Shown here piece by piece: positions 25,625 through 28,494 of a stretch of DNA of 28,494 bases; the first letter of the stretch is position 1, and every line of letters begins with the position of its first letter. The notes under the pieces were generated by a model. It had not been told where the DNA came from. It saw only the letters and a list, made by a program, of their open reading frames with translations, and made no database searches. The stretch is taken from NCBI GenBank assembly GCA_963754945.1, contig CAVWIG010000053.1:1-28494 (forward strand), read 5' to 3'. The position numbers and the translations under genes are program-made. Source of the DNA: Methanotrichaceae archaeon (GTDB taxonomy: Archaea; Halobacteriota; Methanosarcinia; Methanotrichales; Methanotrichaceae).

Positions 25625-26440
25625 TTATTGCACGCTCGGCGGCAGAAGCCCTGTTCCGACCACTGCTGCGGCATCTTCCTTGGCCAGCCTGAAGTACCAG
25701 ATATAGTTGTAGTACCAGACTGCAAAGCCCACTACAATCGTCACCAGAGCTGCGGAAAGTCCCAGTGTCGCTAGGGAGCATATGCCCAAGGCAATCATCG
25801 CTAGTCCAGCGACCATCAGGCCGTCGACCAGGGTCCTGTCCTGCTTCTCATCCGGCCCCAGATTGGCGTTGAACGGATGGAATATCGCCATGCCACCCAG
25901 GATGAAGATGATGGCCAGGAAACCTGTGCTGTAGACGTCCTTGACTACGACGCTATAGGAGATGGTTCCTGCCATGGTAATAGACCAGCCCAGGATGGCC
26001 AGGGTTCCTGCACCTGAGATGTCCATCATCCCTTCTTCCATTATGGGGATGTTGAAATGCATCACCTTGTTGCAGAGTATGCCGATGATATAACCGAATA
26101 TAACCGCGTACACTAGGGCTATGATTGGGCCGAGGATTCCAACTCCGAACTGCTCGGCTATGTTGAGGCCGAACAGGGAAGCGACAGTTGCCATTCCCAG
26201 GGCCAGCATTCCCATGGCGGGTACACCAGTGCCCAGACCGTAGGAACAGATCCTGCGGATGGCGTTGGCACCCCACAGAACTCCACCTATAGCCGCCAGG
26301 GACCCGATGAAGGAGAAGATGTTCGTCCCAGTCGCAGCATTCAGGAAATGTGCCAGGTATATTCCTATTACGGCCCCGGCTATGCCGTAGATCCTAAGCT
26401 GCTTAGGTTCGAGCTTAAATCTCTTGGGTTTTTCAGACAT
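25625..26440 (-). CDS. mtrC: Mtr subunit C
   Basis: WGANAIRRICSYGLGTGVP, HPFNANLGPDEKQDRTL; multiple TM helices. Confidence 0.94.
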   Translation of the reverse strand: MSEKPKRFKLEPKQLRIYGIAGAVIGIYLAHFLNAATGTNIFSFIGSLAAIGGVLWGANAIRRICSYGLGTGVPAMGMLALGMATVASLFGLNIAEQFGVGILGPIIALVYAVIFGYIIGILCNKVMHFNIPIMEEGMMDISGAGTLAILGWSITMAGTISYSVVVKDVYSTGFLAIIFILGGMAIFHPFNANLGPDEKQDRTLVDGLMVAGLAMIALGICSLATLGLSAALVTIVVGFAVWYYNYIWYFRLAKEDAAAVVGTGLLPPSVQ

Positions 26441-26441
26441 T

Positions 26442-27137
26442 CTAAGCGCCTCCCAACGGCTGGATCATAACAGTCATGACTGCCAGAAGGATGCCTGCAA
26501 CTAGGCTTGCCTTGTAGGCCAATGGCCACTTCTTGAACTTGGGGTCGTGGAATCCCTCGATTGTTCCCTGAATGTTCCAGGAGGGAATCACAGACTGCAC
26601 GAAGAATATCCCTATGGTGAAAACTGCGGCCTGTGCCGGGTTGTGGCTGATCATGTTGCACGGGAAGTAGATCATGGCACCACCGACTCCGCCAAGGAGC
26701 GCACCGATAGTCCCTGTCACGAAGCAGACCGTTGGGATGCCCTGGCCGACTGTTCCCGGAGCCACGTATGGCGGCTGAGAGAACCCGGTTATGGGGTCGT
26801 AGTTGACCTTAGCGGAAGCGTATGGACAGCCAACGGCATATGAGTAGATGAAGTCGCCCGTTAGCATTGTGGCGTCCATCATGATCATGGAGCCGATAGC
26901 TCCCGAAGCAAGGATCGGCCAGATGTTGTCCGTCACGGACATCATCAGTCCACAAGCCAGCAGTCCGGTTAGACCCGAGCCTGCTGCCAGGGTAACTGTA
27001 CCTGTACCGATACCTGTAGCCTGCGCCATTGCTGCTGGAGCGCCGCCCACAGGAACGAAGTGTACGCCCACGCTCACCAGGAGACTTCCTACTATTATCT
27101 CCAGCATGTACACAATTGTCTGAGCATCAAATATCAT
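26442..27137 (-). CDS. mtrD: Mtr subunit D
   Basis: VHFVPVGGAPAAMAQATGIGTGT, DPITG..Q..YV.PGT.GQGIPTV, GTIEGFHDPKFK. Confidence 0.95.
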   Translation of the reverse strand: MIFDAQTIVYMLEIIVGSLLVSVGVHFVPVGGAPAAMAQATGIGTGTVTLAAGSGLTGLLACGLMMSVTDNIWPILASGAIGSMIMMDATMLTGDFIYSYAVGCPYASAKVNYDPITGFSQPPYVAPGTVGQGIPTVCFVTGTIGALLGGVGGAMIYFPCNMISHNPAQAAVFTIGIFFVQSVIPSWNIQGTIEGFHDPKFKKWPLAYKASLVAGILLAVMTVMIQPLGGA

Positions 27138-28039
27138 GCGGGTATGTCCCCCTTGTAGCCTGGATACGGCCCATACTTTCTCCTCGCGGAGACTTCCAGA
27201 TAGAAGTTATAGAGGTTCATGAAGATTATGAAGATACAGCCCATCGCGATGGCGTAAGGTGCCTGAGTGATGGGGTCAAAGACCGTTGTTCTCCAGTTGT
27301 CGAGGAACACCGTAAGGAACATTCCTAAGCCTGTGCACGGACCGCCGAACTTGGCGCAGAACCAGGCGTTGTCTATGGTGTTTCGCAGACCCGCCTCTGC
27401 CTTCCTGACGATCTGTCCGGACAGCATGGTGTTGAGACCCTGACCGAAAAGCCTCCACTGGAACTCACGCTCACCGCCGTAGTGGATATCACCTACAGAC
27501 GATCCGATGGCACCGACTGTTATTCCCCAGATGAGAGCAATGACAGGCAGCGGGAACGGATGATGAGGCGTCAGCATGTAGATCTGGATGTACGCGATCG
27601 TTGTGACTGTGAACGAAGTGATCCAGACGTGAGCCATGATTGATGTAGTCGTATACCTTACAAGATCCAGGTAGATCCACTGGTTGAACCTGGATTGGCT
27701 GGCGCTACGGCCGAAGTAAGCGCTGGTAGACATTACTCCGTCGATTAGGGCAGCAAATGTCGAACCGGCTGCAATCGACATAAGTGCGGGCATGTGGTAT
27801 GTGGTAATGAGAACGTAAGCCACGACCGCTGCGCATGTGCACCATAGAGCGTTCGATGGGGGCTCGCCTGCGATGGCCTTGTTGTAAATCCTGTGCGGAT
27901 TTCCAACCTGGGCAGCTAGCTGGACCTGCGAGTTGGGGTTGCTCTGAGAACCAATATCAGAATCGATATCCTCGGAGGCACCACAGATCGTCGCAAGGGC
28001 ACCAACGGCTCCTACGAGTCCCATGCTAAATGCGTCCAT
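27134..28039 (-). CDS. mtrE: Mtr subunit E
   Basis: EDIDSDIGSQSNPNSQVQLA, GEPP, HPFPLP, GAIGSSVGDIHYG.EREFQ, WFCAKFGGP.TG. Confidence 0.95.
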   Translation of the reverse strand: MDAFSMGLVGAVGALATICGASEDIDSDIGSQSNPNSQVQLAAQVGNPHRIYNKAIAGEPPSNALWCTCAAVVAYVLITTYHMPALMSIAAGSTFAALIDGVMSTSAYFGRSASQSRFNQWIYLDLVRYTTTSIMAHVWITSFTVTTIAYIQIYMLTPHHPFPLPVIALIWGITVGAIGSSVGDIHYGGEREFQWRLFGQGLNTMLSGQIVRKAEAGLRNTIDNAWFCAKFGGPCTGLGMFLTVFLDNWRTTVFDPITQAPYAIAMGCIFIIFMNLYNFYLEVSARRKYGPYPGYKGDIPA

Positions 28040-28125
28040 ATTTCTCCTCCTTTTCTTTTTTCGCCAATTTCTTATTTTTTTCCCCGATAAAATTGGCTAT
28101 GACGTTATCCTATCAATTACCTAAA

Positions 28126-28140
28126 CTTATAAAGCTTTCG
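28126..28140 (-). promoter_or_regulatory. Putative archaeal promoter (BRE + TATA) of the mtr operon
   Basis: Minus strand CGAAAGC-TTTATAAG about 90 bp upstream of mtrE; SD GGAGGAG at 28044-28050. Confidence 0.6.
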
Positions 28141-28251
28141 AGAAAGGCTCCTGGCTCACCGATAATTGGTTAAAAGTCAATGGTAGTGAGAAAAAGTGTC
28201 TAATAAATTCCGTCTTCCGAAAAGAGCCGCGACGCATTGTCCGATGGAGCG

Positions 28252-28494
28252 TTACCAGGGCTCCCTCTTAGCTCCGATCCGGTAGCCTATGATGTTCGTA
28301 ACCCGGTGGAGCACTGGAGTTATTATCAGCACTATGACGATGATGGTTGGAGTGAAGTTATTCCAGAACCAATGTGGGTCCAGGATCACCGTCAGTATCC
28401 AAGCCCCGAATACGAAGTCTAGCTGGTCGATCACGAAGAACTGGGCTCCTCGCTTCATTCCAAGCCTGCGCTTGAAGAAGCTGGCCACGATGTC
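28252..28494 (-). CDS. carS: CDP-archaeol synthase, 3' end (5' part outside the window)
   Basis: [10 protein letters not shown].....DQLDFVFGA and TP.LH...NIIGY.IG.K.EPW C-terminal signature. Confidence 0.88.
   Translation of the reverse strand, partial: DIVASFFKRRLGMKRGAQFFVIDQLDFVFGAWILTVILDPHWFWNNFTPTIIVIVLIITPVLHRVTNIIGYRIGAKREPW

Noticed and set aside
1-28494. CRISPR array, tRNA, rRNA or tnpB
   Set aside because: No regularly spaced repeat-spacer units, cloverleaf sequences or RuvC/zinc-finger TnpB ORF seen by eye; the hairpin repeats are dispersed and IS-derived.

Overview
Chromosomal window from a methanogenic archaeon, most likely Methanosarcinales/Methanothrix-like (inferred from gene content and order). 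The core block contains a NitT/TauT-type ABC ATPase, egsA, a UPF0179 gene, cofG, a small membrane protein, sepF, a ZPR1 gene, cofD, methanogenesis marker 12, a YkgJ-type Cys-cluster gene, a complete mtrEDCBAFGH operon and the 3' end of carS. The accessory parts hold a ugd-galU-uxs (UDP-xylose) cluster, a metzincin protease gene truncated by an IS5 remnant, a frameshifted multi-PAS/GAF hybrid histidine kinase, and an AT-richer islet with a long radical SAM gene, a zinc-finger gene and two unannotated small membrane-peptide genes. Mobile DNA is dense. A dead IS481 element (15-bp TSD) carries an IS4-like MITE in its left TIR (11-bp TSD) and an intact tnpA-only IS200 in its ORF. There is also an IS1634-like MITE with a 5-bp TSD. 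The most unusual signal is a graded series of non-autonomous derivatives of the IS200 ends (about 148 bp, a 54-bp single-hairpin unit, and two expanded-loop variants). No rRNA, tRNA or CRISPR array was seen.
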